Source: an uncultured Haloferula sp. (GTDB lineage Bacteria; Verrucomicrobiota; Verrucomicrobiia; Verrucomicrobiales; Akkermansiaceae). Taken from it: a DNA stretch of 64,000 nucleotides. This document shows, piece by piece, positions 39,312 to 48,882 of this stretch (position 1 is the stretch's first letter; every line of letters begins with the position of its first letter). The notes under the pieces are model-generated. The model did not search any database. It was given only the letters and a program-made list of their open reading frames with translations, and was not told the origin of the DNA. The stretch covers positions 96,001 to 160,000 of the forward strand of contig CBFGTS010000006.1 of assembly GCA_965652295.1 (NCBI GenBank). Reading direction: 5' to 3'. The translations under genes were made by a program, and so were the position numbers.

Positions 39312-39327
39312 CGGCACCCCGGTTGCT
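39312..39327 (+). promoter_or_regulatory. Sigma54 motif for the urt-fmd operon
   Basis: CGGCACCCCGGTTGCT matches YGGCAC-N5-TTGCW. Confidence 0.75.
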
Positions 39328-39435
39328 GATCCGGTGAGTCATGTGCGTCTCCCGTCCGGCCCGCCGGCCAGGAGACGCAGGTCCCCATGCTCCCGCAGGT
39401 TCACCGCCTTCGGTGCATCCAATCAAGCAACACCT

Positions 39436-40677
39436 ATGATCCATATGAATAGCACCAAGCACCTGCTCGGAGGTCCGTCCAAGGCATTGGCGGTTCTCCT
39501 GGCCCTTTCCTCCCAGCTAGCCCATGCGCAGGCACCTCCCACCGCCGAGGTCAACACGACGGGACTGGCCGTCACCGATAGCACGGTGACCGTCGGCCAG
39601 CTCCACTCCGCCACCGGCACGATGGCCATCAGCGAAACCGGCTCCATCCAGGCCGAGCAACTTGCCATCGATCAGATCAACTCCGCGGGCGGCGTCCTCG
39701 GCCGGCAGATCAAGGTCATTAAAGAGGATGGTGCCAGCGATTGGCCTACCTTTGCCGAAAAGGCCAAGAAGCTGCTGGTCAGCGACAAGGTCGGCACCGT
39801 CTTCGGCTGCTGGACCTCCGCCTCGCGGAAGGCCGTGCTTCCGATCTTCGAGAAGGAGAACGGGATGCTCTACTATCCCACCTTCTACGAAGGCCTCGAG
39901 CAGTCCAAGAACGTCATCTATACCGGCCAGGAAGCCACCCAGCAGATCATCGCGGGCCTCGACTGGATCGCGAAGGAAAAGAAGGCCAAGACCTTTTATC
40001 TGATCGGCTCCGACTACATCTGGCCCCGCACGTCCAACAAGATCGCGCGCAAGCACATTGAAAACGTGCTCAAGGGCAAGGTCGTCGGAGAGGAATACTA
40101 CGCCTTGGGTCATACCCAGTTCGGATCCCTCATCAACAAGATCAAGCTGAAGAAACCGGATGTTATCTACGCCATCGTCGTCGGTGGCTCGAACGTCTCC
40201 TTCTACAAGCAGCTCAAGGCCGCCGGCATCACCGCCGAGAAACAGACGCTTCTCACCATCTCCGTGACGGAGGACGAAGTCCTCGGGATCGGCGGGGAGA
40301 ACCTGAAGGGCTTCTACTCGGCGATGAAATACTTCCAGAGCCTCGACAACCCGAACAACAAGGCCTTCGTCGCGGCATTCAAAGAGAAATACGGTGCCAA
40401 CTCCGTGATTGGTGACGTCACCCAGGCCGCCTACCTCGGGCCTTGGCTGTGGAAAGCCGCCGTCGAAAAAGCCGGCAGCTTCGATATCGACAAGATCGCC
40501 GCGGCCTCCCCGGGAATCGAACTCACCACCGCGCCGGAGGGCTACGTCAAGATCCACCCCAACCACCACCTCTGGAGCAAGCTCCGGATCGGACAGTGGA
40601 ACCAGGACGGCCAAGCCACCGTGCTCTACGAGTCCGAGCTGATCGAGCCCGACCCCTTCCCGGACGGCTATCAGTGA
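39436..40677 (+). CDS. urtA: Urea/short-chain amide ABC substrate-binding protein
   Basis: LHSATGTMAISE, EDGASDWPTFAEKA, FGCWTSASRKAVLP, FYEGLE, GSDYIWPR. Start at 39436 or 39445. Confidence 0.92.
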   Translation: MIHMNSTKHLLGGPSKALAVLLALSSQLAHAQAPPTAEVNTTGLAVTDSTVTVGQLHSATGTMAISETGSIQAEQLAIDQINSAGGVLGRQIKVIKEDGASDWPTFAEKAKKLLVSDKVGTVFGCWTSASRKAVLPIFEKENGMLYYPTFYEGLEQSKNVIYTGQEATQQIIAGLDWIAKEKKAKTFYLIGSDYIWPRTSNKIARKHIENVLKGKVVGEEYYALGHTQFGSLINKIKLKKPDVIYAIVVGGSNVSFYKQLKAAGITAEKQTLLTISVTEDEVLGIGGENLKGFYSAMKYFQSLDNPNNKAFVAAFKEKYGANSVIGDVTQAAYLGPWLWKAAVEKAGSFDIDKIAAASPGIELTTAPEGYVKIHPNHHLWSKLRIGQWNQDGQATVLYESELIEPDPFPDGYQ

Positions 40678-40796
40678 AGCCCCGCCTGCGACCCCGTTCG
40701 ATCGCTTGATTCATCCACAGGGGGAGGCCGGCCCTCCACGGCATCCGCAAGAAGCCCGCCTCCCCCCATTCTCATTCATCTACAACCGTACTTATT

Positions 40797-41720
40797 ATGG
40801 GAGAATACACCGCAGAAGAAATCAGGAGCATCCTCATCATGCAGGGGTTCTCCGGCCTCAGCCTCTGCAGCGTACTGCTGCTCATGGGCCTGGGACTCGC
40901 CCTGATCTTCGGACAGATGGGCGTGATCAACATGGCGCACGGCGAGTTCATGGCCCTCGGCGCCTACACCGTTTATCTCTTTTCCTCCCTCACCGAAGCT
41001 CACTTCCCATCCTTCGGGCCCTACTACTTCCTCTTCGCCATTCTGGCCGCCTTTCTCATCTGCATGCTCGTCGGCGCCCTGGTGGAGTGGTTGATGATCC
41101 GGCACCTCTACCACCGACCTCTCGATACCCTGCTGGCCACCTGGGGGCTCAGCCTGATCCTCCAACAATCCTACCGCACCATCTTCGGTGCCCGCGAGGT
41201 CACCCCCACCCTGCCCGACTGGTTGATGGGATCCTTCACCTACGGTGACATCGACATCCCCATCAATGGAGTCTTCGTCCTCGGCCTGGCCATCGCAGTG
41301 ACGATTTTCCTGATGACCTTCATGTACCGGTCCGGCTTCGGGCTCCGGCTTCGCGCCACGGTTCAGAACCGCAAGATGAGCGGTGCCGTCGGCATCAACA
41401 CCGGCAAGGTCGACCGCCTCGCATTCGCCCTCGGCTGCGGCATCGCCGGCATCGCCGGTGCCGCCTTCACCACCATCGGCTCCACCGGCCCCGACAGCGG
41501 CAGCCGCTACATCGTCGACGCCTTTCTCGTCGTGGTCGCCGGCGGTGCCGCCAGCCTCCTCGGCACGCTCGCCTCCGCCTTCGGCATCGCCCAGGCCCAG
41601 TCGGTCCTCGAGTTCTTTCTCGATGGCACCAAGGGCAAGGTGGCGACCCTGCTGGTCATCGTCATCGCCCTGATGATCCGGCCCCAAGGGCTTTTCCCTT
41701 CGAAGGTTCGCGCCCACTGA
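40797..41720 (+). CDS. urtB: Urea/amide ABC permease
   Basis: FGQMGVINMAHGEF, PLDTLLATWGLSLILQQ, YIVDAFLVVV. Confidence 0.92.
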   Translation: MGEYTAEEIRSILIMQGFSGLSLCSVLLLMGLGLALIFGQMGVINMAHGEFMALGAYTVYLFSSLTEAHFPSFGPYYFLFAILAAFLICMLVGALVEWLMIRHLYHRPLDTLLATWGLSLILQQSYRTIFGAREVTPTLPDWLMGSFTYGDIDIPINGVFVLGLAIAVTIFLMTFMYRSGFGLRLRATVQNRKMSGAVGINTGKVDRLAFALGCGIAGIAGAAFTTIGSTGPDSGSRYIVDAFLVVVAGGAASLLGTLASAFGIAQAQSVLEFFLDGTKGKVATLLVIVIALMIRPQGLFPSKVRAH

Positions 41721-41728
41721 GCACGTAC

Positions 41729-42910
41729 ATGAACCCCCAACCAACATTGGATATGCCACGTTTTCTCAAGACCCTGTTCAAAACGAAGGCCGAGGTGATC
41801 GGATTCATCGCCCTCATGGTGCTGGTCTTCGTGATCTTTCCCATCTCGATGCCTGTCTTCCGACTCAATCTGGTCGGAAAGTATCTCTCCTTCGGCTTCG
41901 TCGCCATCGGCCTCGTCCTGCTCTGGGGACGCTGCGGGGTTCTCAGCCTCGGCCAGGGTGTCTTCTTCGGCCTCGGCGGCTACTGCATGGCCATGTTTCT
42001 CAAGCTCGAAGCCTCCGACCCCGAATCGACCTCCATCCAGTCCACGCCCGGGATCCCCGACTTCATGGACTGGAACCAGCTGACCGAGCTGCCCTGGTTT
42101 TGGGAGCCCTTCAAAAGCTTCCCCTTCACCGTCGTCGCCGTGTTCATCGTTCCCGCGGTGGTCGCCTTCTTCATCGGCTGGGCACTGTTCCGTCGGCGGG
42201 TCGGTGGCGTCTACTTCGCCATCATCACCCAGGCCATCGCCCTCATCATGTCGCTCGGCATCGATGGAAACCAGGGTTTCACCGGCGGCCGCAACGGCAT
42301 CACCGACCTCCGCACGCTGCTGGGTTGGGACATCCGGTCGGAGAGCGCCCAATATACGCTCTACTTCCTTTGCTCCATCCTTCTTTTCGGCGTCGCCTTG
42401 GGCGCCAAGTATATCATCAACACCCGCCTCGGCCGCGTGCTCGTCGCCATCCGCGACCGCGAGGACCGCGTGCGCTTCTCGGGCTACGATGTCGCCATGG
42501 TGCGGACCTTCATCTTCGCCTTCGCCGCCATGCTCAGTGGCCTCGGCGGGGCATTGTTCGTCCTCCAAGTCGGTTTTATGTCGCCTTCGATCATCGGCAT
42601 CGTCCCCTCCATCGAAATGGTGATCTTCACCGCCGTGGGAGGCCGCCTTTCGGTTCTGGGTGCCATCATCGGCTGCCTGCTGGTAAATTGGGGCAAGACC
42701 ACCTTTTCCGAGGCCTATCCGGACCTCTGGCTCTACCTCATGGGCGGAACCTTCATCGCCGTCGTCATGTTCTTTCCCAATGGAATCGCCGGCTTGGCCG
42801 AAAAACTCCCCGGCTTCGCCAACTGGCTGACGAACATCGTCGCCAAACGTCTCAAGACCTCCTCCCCCGCGTCCCCACCCTCCACCGAAGCGGTTACAGA
42901 TGAACATTGA
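41729..42910 (+). CDS. urtC: Urea/amide ABC permease
   Basis: LSLGQGVFFGLGGY, PDFMDW, GVYFAIITQA, AIRDREDRVRFSGY, SIEMVIFTAVGGR. Confidence 0.92.
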   Translation: MNPQPTLDMPRFLKTLFKTKAEVIGFIALMVLVFVIFPISMPVFRLNLVGKYLSFGFVAIGLVLLWGRCGVLSLGQGVFFGLGGYCMAMFLKLEASDPESTSIQSTPGIPDFMDWNQLTELPWFWEPFKSFPFTVVAVFIVPAVVAFFIGWALFRRRVGGVYFAIITQAIALIMSLGIDGNQGFTGGRNGITDLRTLLGWDIRSESAQYTLYFLCSILLFGVALGAKYIINTRLGRVLVAIRDREDRVRFSGYDVAMVRTFIFAFAAMLSGLGGALFVLQVGFMSPSIIGIVPSIEMVIFTAVGGRLSVLGAIIGCLLVNWGKTTFSEAYPDLWLYLMGGTFIAVVMFFPNGIAGLAEKLPGFANWLTNIVAKRLKTSSPASPPSTEAVTDEH

Positions 42911-43646
42911 AAACGAAGACATACTCACCACCGAGGATCTCGGTGTCTCATTCGACGGTTTCAAGGCGGTCGACGGCTTCAACTTCTATCTAGCCCGGAA
43001 TCACGTGCATGTGATCATCGGGCCCAATGGGGCCGGCAAGACCACCGTGCTCGACCTGATCTGCGGCAAGACCGCCGCCACCACCGGCTCGATCAAGTTC
43101 CACGGCAGGGAGATGCGAGGAAAGCGTGAATACAAAATCGTCCGCGCCGGCATCGGCAGGAAATTCCAGAATCCCTCGATCTACGAAAATCTCACGGTCT
43201 TCGAGAACCTCGAGCTCTCCCACCCGACCGGCCGGGGTGTCATCGGGTGCCTGCTTTTCCGAAGAACTCCCGACGTGCTGAATCGCTGCCACGAGGTCGC
43301 CGAGGAGATCGGCCTGTCGGAAAGCCTTGATGTAGAGGCAGGGATCTTGAGCCACGGACAGAAGCAGTGGCTGGAGATCGGGATGCTCCTCATGCAGCAG
43401 CCGGAAGTCATTATGCTCGATGAACCCGTGGCGGGCATGAGCGTCCGCGAACGCACCGCCACCGCCGAACTCATTCGGCGGATCTCCAAGAACCGCTCGG
43501 TCATCGTGATCGAGCACGATATGGAATTCGTCCGGGAAATCGCCGACCGCGTCACCGTCATGCACCTCGGCAAGATCCTCGCGGAAGGGTCCATGGAGAA
43601 AGTCAGCAGCGATCCCAAGGTCATCGAGGTCTACATCGGCCACTAA
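42900..43646 (+). CDS. urtD: Urea/amide ABC ATP-binding protein
   Basis: GPNGAGKT, GRKFQNP, LSHGQKQWLEIGM, LDEPVAGM. Confidence 0.93.
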   Translation: MNIENEDILTTEDLGVSFDGFKAVDGFNFYLARNHVHVIIGPNGAGKTTVLDLICGKTAATTGSIKFHGREMRGKREYKIVRAGIGRKFQNPSIYENLTVFENLELSHPTGRGVIGCLLFRRTPDVLNRCHEVAEEIGLSESLDVEAGILSHGQKQWLEIGMLLMQQPEVIMLDEPVAGMSVRERTATAELIRRISKNRSVIVIEHDMEFVREIADRVTVMHLGKILAEGSMEKVSSDPKVIEVYIGH

Positions 43647-43657
43647 CCTTCAAAAAC

Positions 43658-44347
43658 ATGATCTCAGTCAGTCATCTCAAAGTGGCCTACGGCCAAAGCG
43701 TGGTCATCCCGGACATGAGCTTCCGCTCCTCCAAAGGCGAAATCCTCGGCATCATCGGGCGCAACGGCATGGGAAAGACCACCCTCTTCCGCTCCCTGAT
43801 CGGAATGATTCCGGCTGCCGGCGGCTCGATCACCGTCAACGACCAGGTCCTCACCAGGCTACCCTCCCACCGCCGCGTCGCGAGTGGCATGGCATTCGTG
43901 CCCCAGGGACGGATGATTTTCCCGTATCTCACCGTTTACGAAAACCTCATCTCCGGAGTAAAGGGACGACCCAAACCCGAGGACATCGAGGAAATCTACT
44001 CGCTCTTCCCCGTGCTTCAAGAAATGCGGAACCGCAAGGGCGGCAACCTGTCCGGAGGCCAGCAACAGCAGCTCGCGATCGGCCGCGCCCTGATGACCAA
44101 ACCGAGCGTTCTCCTCCTCGACGAGCCGACCGAAGGCATCCAGCCCTCGATCATCAAGGACATCTCACGGAGCCTCCGTGAGATCCGCGATCTCAAGAAG
44201 CTCACCATTCTCGTCAGCGAACAGGTTCTGAGTTTCGTCCTCGATACCTGCGATAAATTGATGGTCATCGATAAGGGCAAACTCGTCCGCGAGGACCAAC
44301 GCGCCGACGTCAATGCCGACCAGATCAAGGCCATGCTGGCGGTCTGA
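43658..44347 (+). CDS. urtE: Urea/amide ABC ATP-binding protein
   Basis: GRNGMGKT, LSGGQQQQLAI, LDEPTEGIQPSII. Confidence 0.93.
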   Translation: MISVSHLKVAYGQSVVIPDMSFRSSKGEILGIIGRNGMGKTTLFRSLIGMIPAAGGSITVNDQVLTRLPSHRRVASGMAFVPQGRMIFPYLTVYENLISGVKGRPKPEDIEEIYSLFPVLQEMRNRKGGNLSGGQQQQLAIGRALMTKPSVLLLDEPTEGIQPSIIKDISRSLREIRDLKKLTILVSEQVLSFVLDTCDKLMVIDKGKLVREDQRADVNADQIKAMLAV

Positions 44348-44389
44348 CCACGCCCTCAACTCCACTCCTTTCCAACCCACCACAAAGAC

Positions 44390-45610
44390 ATGAAGACACT
44401 GATTAAAGTCGACCTCGATGCGTCTCCCGAGAGCCAGGAATACCTCCACAACCGCTGGCATCCGGACATTCCCATGGTTGCCACGGTGAAGCCCGGCGAT
44501 GAGTTCCGGGTCGAGTGCATCGACTGGACCGGCGGCCAGATCCAGAACGATGACAACGCCAAGGACATCGAGGTCGTCGACCTGACCAAGGTCCACTACC
44601 TCAGCGGACCGATCGGCGTCGAGGGAGCCGAGCCCGGCGACCTCCTCGTCGTGGACATTCTCGATGTCGGCGTGCTTGAAGAGTCTCAGTGGGGATTCAC
44701 CGGTCTATTCGCCCGGACCAATGGCGGCGGTTTCCTCACCAACGAGTTTCCCGATGCCCGCAAGGCCTGCTGGGATTTCCACGGCATCTACACCTCCTCC
44801 CGGCACATCCCGAACGTCGAGTTCGCCGGCATCATGCACCCCGGCCTCATCGGCTGCCTGCCTTCCAAGGACCTCCTGAATACATGGAACAAGCGGGAAA
44901 AGGAGCTTTTCGATACCGACCCGGAACGAGTTCCGCCCCTCTGCGCCCTGCCCTACTCCGACACCGCCCACATGGGAAAAATGACCGGGCCCGAGCGGGA
45001 CGCCGCCGCAGCCGAAGGCGCACGGACGGTGCCCCCGCGGGAACATGGCGGCAACTGTGACATCAAGAACCTTACCAAGGGATCCAAGGTCTATTTTCCC
45101 GTCTATGTCAAAGGCGGCGGCCTCTCCATGGGCGACATCCACTTCAGCCAGGGAGATGGGGAAATCACCTTCTGTGGAGCGATCGAGATGGCCGGCTATC
45201 TCGACATCCGGGTGAGCCTGATCAAGGGCGGCGTCGAGAAATACGCCATCAAGAATCCGCTCTTCCTGCCCAGCCCGCTGTCTCCCGAATACAAGAGCCA
45301 TATCATCTTCGAAGGCATTTCCGTGGATAACTCCGGCAAGCAATACTACCTCGATCCCTTCGTCTCCTACAAGATGGCCTGCCTCAATGCCATCGAGTAC
45401 ATGAAGAAATTCGGCTACACCGGCGAGCAGGCCTACGCCATCCTCGGCACGGCTCCGGTCCAGGGGCACATCAGCGGCATCGTCGATATCCCCAACGCCT
45501 GCGCCACGCTCTGGCTGCCGACGGAGATCTTCGATTTCAACATCCTGCCCGGAGCGGACGGACCCACCCTGTCCGTCACCCCCGGCACCGATCTCGCCTT
45601 TGTGAAATAG
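44390..45610 (+). CDS. fmdA: Formamidase (FmdA/AmdA family)
   Basis: HNRWHPDIP, DWTGGQI, HYLSGP, PPREHGGNCDIKNL, GDIHFSQGDGEITFCGAIEM. Confidence 0.95.
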   Translation: MKTLIKVDLDASPESQEYLHNRWHPDIPMVATVKPGDEFRVECIDWTGGQIQNDDNAKDIEVVDLTKVHYLSGPIGVEGAEPGDLLVVDILDVGVLEESQWGFTGLFARTNGGGFLTNEFPDARKACWDFHGIYTSSRHIPNVEFAGIMHPGLIGCLPSKDLLNTWNKREKELFDTDPERVPPLCALPYSDTAHMGKMTGPERDAAAAEGARTVPPREHGGNCDIKNLTKGSKVYFPVYVKGGGLSMGDIHFSQGDGEITFCGAIEMAGYLDIRVSLIKGGVEKYAIKNPLFLPSPLSPEYKSHIIFEGISVDNSGKQYYLDPFVSYKMACLNAIEYMKKFGYTGEQAYAILGTAPVQGHISGIVDIPNACATLWLPTEIFDFNILPGADGPTLSVTPGTDLAFVK

Positions 45611-45627
45611 CCGACCATTTCCCCGTC

Positions 45628-45969
45628 ATTCCCCTCTACAGCTACACCTGCGGCGACTGCGGAGACTTCCACTCGCTGCGCACCATTGCCGAGCGGAACT
45701 CACCGGCCGGCTGCCCGCACTGCGGCCGGCAGGCCCGGCGCTTGATCGAGGCCCCGAATCTGGCGGTCATGCATCCCGTAGCGCGCCGCGCGTCCGAGAT
45801 CAATGAAAAGAGCCGCTACGAGCCGCGGGTTCGCCAAGCCCACCAGTGCGGATCGGGCTGTGGTTGCGGTTCGTCCGGAAAGATCCGCCCGGAGCGAAAG
45901 CGCGAAACCAAGCTCGGTACCCTGCAGGGTCAGAAAGCCAGCGCCCGGCCATGGATGCTGGGCCATTGA
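45628..45969 (+). CDS. fmdB: FmdB-family zinc-ribbon protein with apparent ATT start
   Basis: In-frame extension of the 45742 ORF reads (I)PLYSYTCGDCGDF...CPHCG, matching the MPxYxYxCxxCG...CPxCG start of FmdB. C-terminal RPWMLGH. Confidence 0.88.
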   Translation: MPLYSYTCGDCGDFHSLRTIAERNSPAGCPHCGRQARRLIEAPNLAVMHPVARRASEINEKSRYEPRVRQAHQCGSGCGCGSSGKIRPERKRETKLGTLQGQKASARPWMLGH

Positions 45970-45989
45970 TGCCTTCATGCGATGAACTG

Positions 45990-46022
45990 AGCGGGCCGGC
46001 CCGGTGGCAGGGCCGGCCCGCT
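45990..46022. terminator. GC-rich hairpin between convergent fmdB and the transposase
   Basis: AGCGGGCCGGCCC-7 nt-GGGCCGGCCCGCT, a perfect 13-bp stem. No clear U-tail. Confidence 0.6.
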
Positions 46023-46050
46023 GATCTACTGTTCGAAAGTCGAAGGTCGC

Positions 46051-47133
46051 CTACCCCACCCCCACTCGCAGGTTCCGTGCTGTCCAAAGCTCCCCCGCCA
46101 GCGCTCTCAACGCTCCGCGCGGCTTTCTGGCACCGCTCATTCGCTTGTCGCTGAAATACTCCCGAGAGCCTGCGAACACCTCGTTCACAAACGACCGTCC
46201 ACCGATCACCGCTCCGTCCGTGAAGTATCTCACCCGGTGGCGGATCACCTGCGAAATCCGCAAGTCCCTCGATCCATCTGCGGTTTCCAGTCGCTTCATC
46301 TCCGACCGCGCCTTCTCCGGCTCCATCCCTTTCCTCGTCACCCGACCCTCGTCGTCGGACACGGCCACGGATTTCCCGAGCAAGACCCGTCGGTAGCGTT
46401 TCCCCAGCCCACCCTGCGCCCAAGCTCGCACCAGCGCCTCGAAGCCCATCGCTTCGCCATCTTTGCCGATCAAATACTGCATCACCCGCGCCAATCCCGC
46501 CCGGGCCTTTTTCCCTCCCGCCGCAGCCTCCGCGTAGCTGCTCCAGCGGTAGTCCACCGGGTCCTCGCAGATGCCCGCCCGCACCGGATTCAGATCGATG
46601 TACGCCGCCACCGTCTGCGCCGCGAACCCGCTCTCCACCAACACGCTTTTGAAACGCTGTTCCCACAGCCGACCGGTGCGCTGATGCGCCCGATTGAACC
46701 ACGAGGAAAACCGCTGCAGCAGGATTTTCATGAACTCACTGAGGTCGTTCATGCGGTAGGTGTAGGAGGAAAAGATCCGGTCCACCTCCGCTTCGTTTCC
46801 CGCCGCCCGGGCTTCCACCAGAAGGCGTTGCTGCTCCTTCACCTTCCAGGTCGGGTAGAACACCTCCATCCGCCTCAGCAGTTCGTCTTCCGGCATTCGC
46901 TCAGACGGCTGTGGCGGGACCTCGATGAGCAGGTGGAAATGGTTGGACATCAGGCAGTAAGAAAGCACCCGGCAACCCGTGAAATTCTCCGTCATCCGCG
47001 TCAGCGTGCGGAACTTCTCCTTCTCCTCCGGACCGAACGCGAACCGCCTCTCCACCACCCGTGAGATCACGTGGTAGATCGTCGGTTTTTTCGTCGAGTC
47101 CTTCCAAGGTGCCAGCCACCGCTTCCGAGCCAT
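46051..47133 (-). mobile_element. HUH Y1 transposase, REP-associated tyrosine transposase (RAYT)-like
   Basis: YHVISR, YCLMSNHFHLL (HUH), GRLWEQRFKS, YIDLNPVRAG, YRWSSY. No TnpB and no terminal IRs seen. Confidence 0.88.
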
Positions 47134-47282
47134 GGACGGGACCCTACCCAGCCCGCCTTCCACAGAGCAAGCATATTCCCTACTTGTGGTGTGTCCATCT
47201 ATTGGTCTTGATTCAATTCCCCCAGACGGTCACTTTTTCCCTGCCAACCCGGCTCGTGCGCCGCTTTAGTCACCCACGAGCC

Positions 47283-48881
47283 ATGCCACGACGCCTTCTC
47301 ACCCTCGCCGTCGCCGTCCTCGCTCTCGCCGCCTGCTCGCGCGAGACGCAGGTCGAGCGCGCCAATCGCGACGGCATCCTGCTGCTCGGCAATTCCGGCG
47401 AGCCGAAATCACTCGACCCGCAACTGGTCACCGGTGTCCTTGAGAGCAAGATCATCGGCTCGCTGATGGAGGGCCTCGTCGCCGACGATCCCCGCAGCGA
47501 CGACGCCCTGCCACCCGGCGCGGCCGAGTCCTGGGAACACAACGAGGAGCTGACCGAGTGGACCTTCCACCTGCGGCCGGACGGGAAATGGTCCGACGGC
47601 GCGCCCGTCACCGCCCGCGACTACGTGTTCTCCTACCAGCGCATGCTCCACCCGGACCTGATCGCGCCGTACGTGGAAATGCTCTACTTCATCGACAAGG
47701 CCGAGGCCTTCAACAAAGGCGAGATCGATGACTTTTCCGAGGTCGGCGTGTGGGCCGAGGACGACCTCACCCTGCGTCTCCGCCTGCGCGAGCCGGTGCC
47801 CTTCCTTCCCTCGCTCACCCGCCACTACACTTGGTTCGCCGTGCCGCGCCACGTGGTGCTGCTCCACGGAAAAATGACCGACCGGTTCACCGATTGGTGC
47901 CTGCCGCCGAACATGGTCGGCAACGGCCCCTTCCGCCTGAAATCGTGGGAGTTCCACGATTCGATCGAGGTCGAGAAAAACCCGCACTACTGGGACGCGG
48001 AGAACGTCGCGCTGAACGGCATCCGTTTTCTCCCCATCGAAAACCCCTACACCGAGGCCCGCGCGTTCTTCGCCGGCCAGCTCCACAGCTCCTACACGCT
48101 GCCGGCCGACCTGATCGATACCGTGAAGGAAAAGAGCCCGCAGTTCCTACGGCAGGAACCGTACGTCGGCACCGTCTTCGTCCGTCTGAACACCACCAAG
48201 CCCGGCCTCGACGACCCCCGCGTGCGCCGCGCCCTCGGCTTGGCAATCGACCGTGCGGCGCTCACCGAGCACGTGTTGGAAGGCTATTTCCCCGCCACCT
48301 CGCTGACGCCGAAGATGGGACGCTATGAGCCCGAACCGGTACTTCGCTTCGACCCCGAGGAAGCCCGCCGGCTGCTCGCCGAGGCCGGCTACCCGGGAGG
48401 AAAGGGTTTCCCCCGCTACTCCGTGCTGATCAGCCGCCCCGCCGCACGCTCCAGCACCGAGGCGGTTCAGGCGATGTGGCGCAAGCACCTCAACATCATC
48501 GTCGATATCCAGAACAAGGACTGGGGCTCCTACATTTCCGCCCAGCAGTCGTTGGAATTCGACATGGCGATGGCCGGCTGGATCGGCGATTACCTCGACC
48601 CTACCACGTTCCTGAACATGTGGACGAAGGGCAACGGCAACAACAACACCGGCTGGAGCAACGAGCGCTTCGAGGAACTTCTGGCCGAGGCCGCGCACCA
48701 GGCTGATCCGGTGCAGCGGCTCGATTTCCTGCGCCAGGCCGAGCAACTGCTGATGGCCGAGCAGCCGGTGCTCCCCACCGCCTACTACTCCCGCAACTAC
48801 CTCCACCGCCCGGAGGTCAAAGGCTGGTACCCGCTGCTGCTCGACAACCATCCTTACAAATCCATCCGCCTCGATCCCTGA
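47283..48881 (+). CDS. Oligopeptide ABC substrate-binding lipoprotein (OppA-like)
   Basis: Lipobox LAAC, EPKSLDP, KWSDGAPVTA, NGPFRL, KNPHYWD, GWIGDYLDP. Confidence 0.93.
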   Translation: MPRRLLTLAVAVLALAACSRETQVERANRDGILLLGNSGEPKSLDPQLVTGVLESKIIGSLMEGLVADDPRSDDALPPGAAESWEHNEELTEWTFHLRPDGKWSDGAPVTARDYVFSYQRMLHPDLIAPYVEMLYFIDKAEAFNKGEIDDFSEVGVWAEDDLTLRLRLREPVPFLPSLTRHYTWFAVPRHVVLLHGKMTDRFTDWCLPPNMVGNGPFRLKSWEFHDSIEVEKNPHYWDAENVALNGIRFLPIENPYTEARAFFAGQLHSSYTLPADLIDTVKEKSPQFLRQEPYVGTVFVRLNTTKPGLDDPRVRRALGLAIDRAALTEHVLEGYFPATSLTPKMGRYEPEPVLRFDPEEARRLLAEAGYPGGKGFPRYSVLISRPAARSSTEAVQAMWRKHLNIIVDIQNKDWGSYISAQQSLEFDMAMAGWIGDYLDPTTFLNMWTKGNGNNNTGWSNERFEELLAEAAHQADPVQRLDFLRQAEQLLMAEQPVLPTAYYSRNYLHRPEVKGWYPLLLDNHPYKSIRLDP

Positions 48882-48882
48882 C

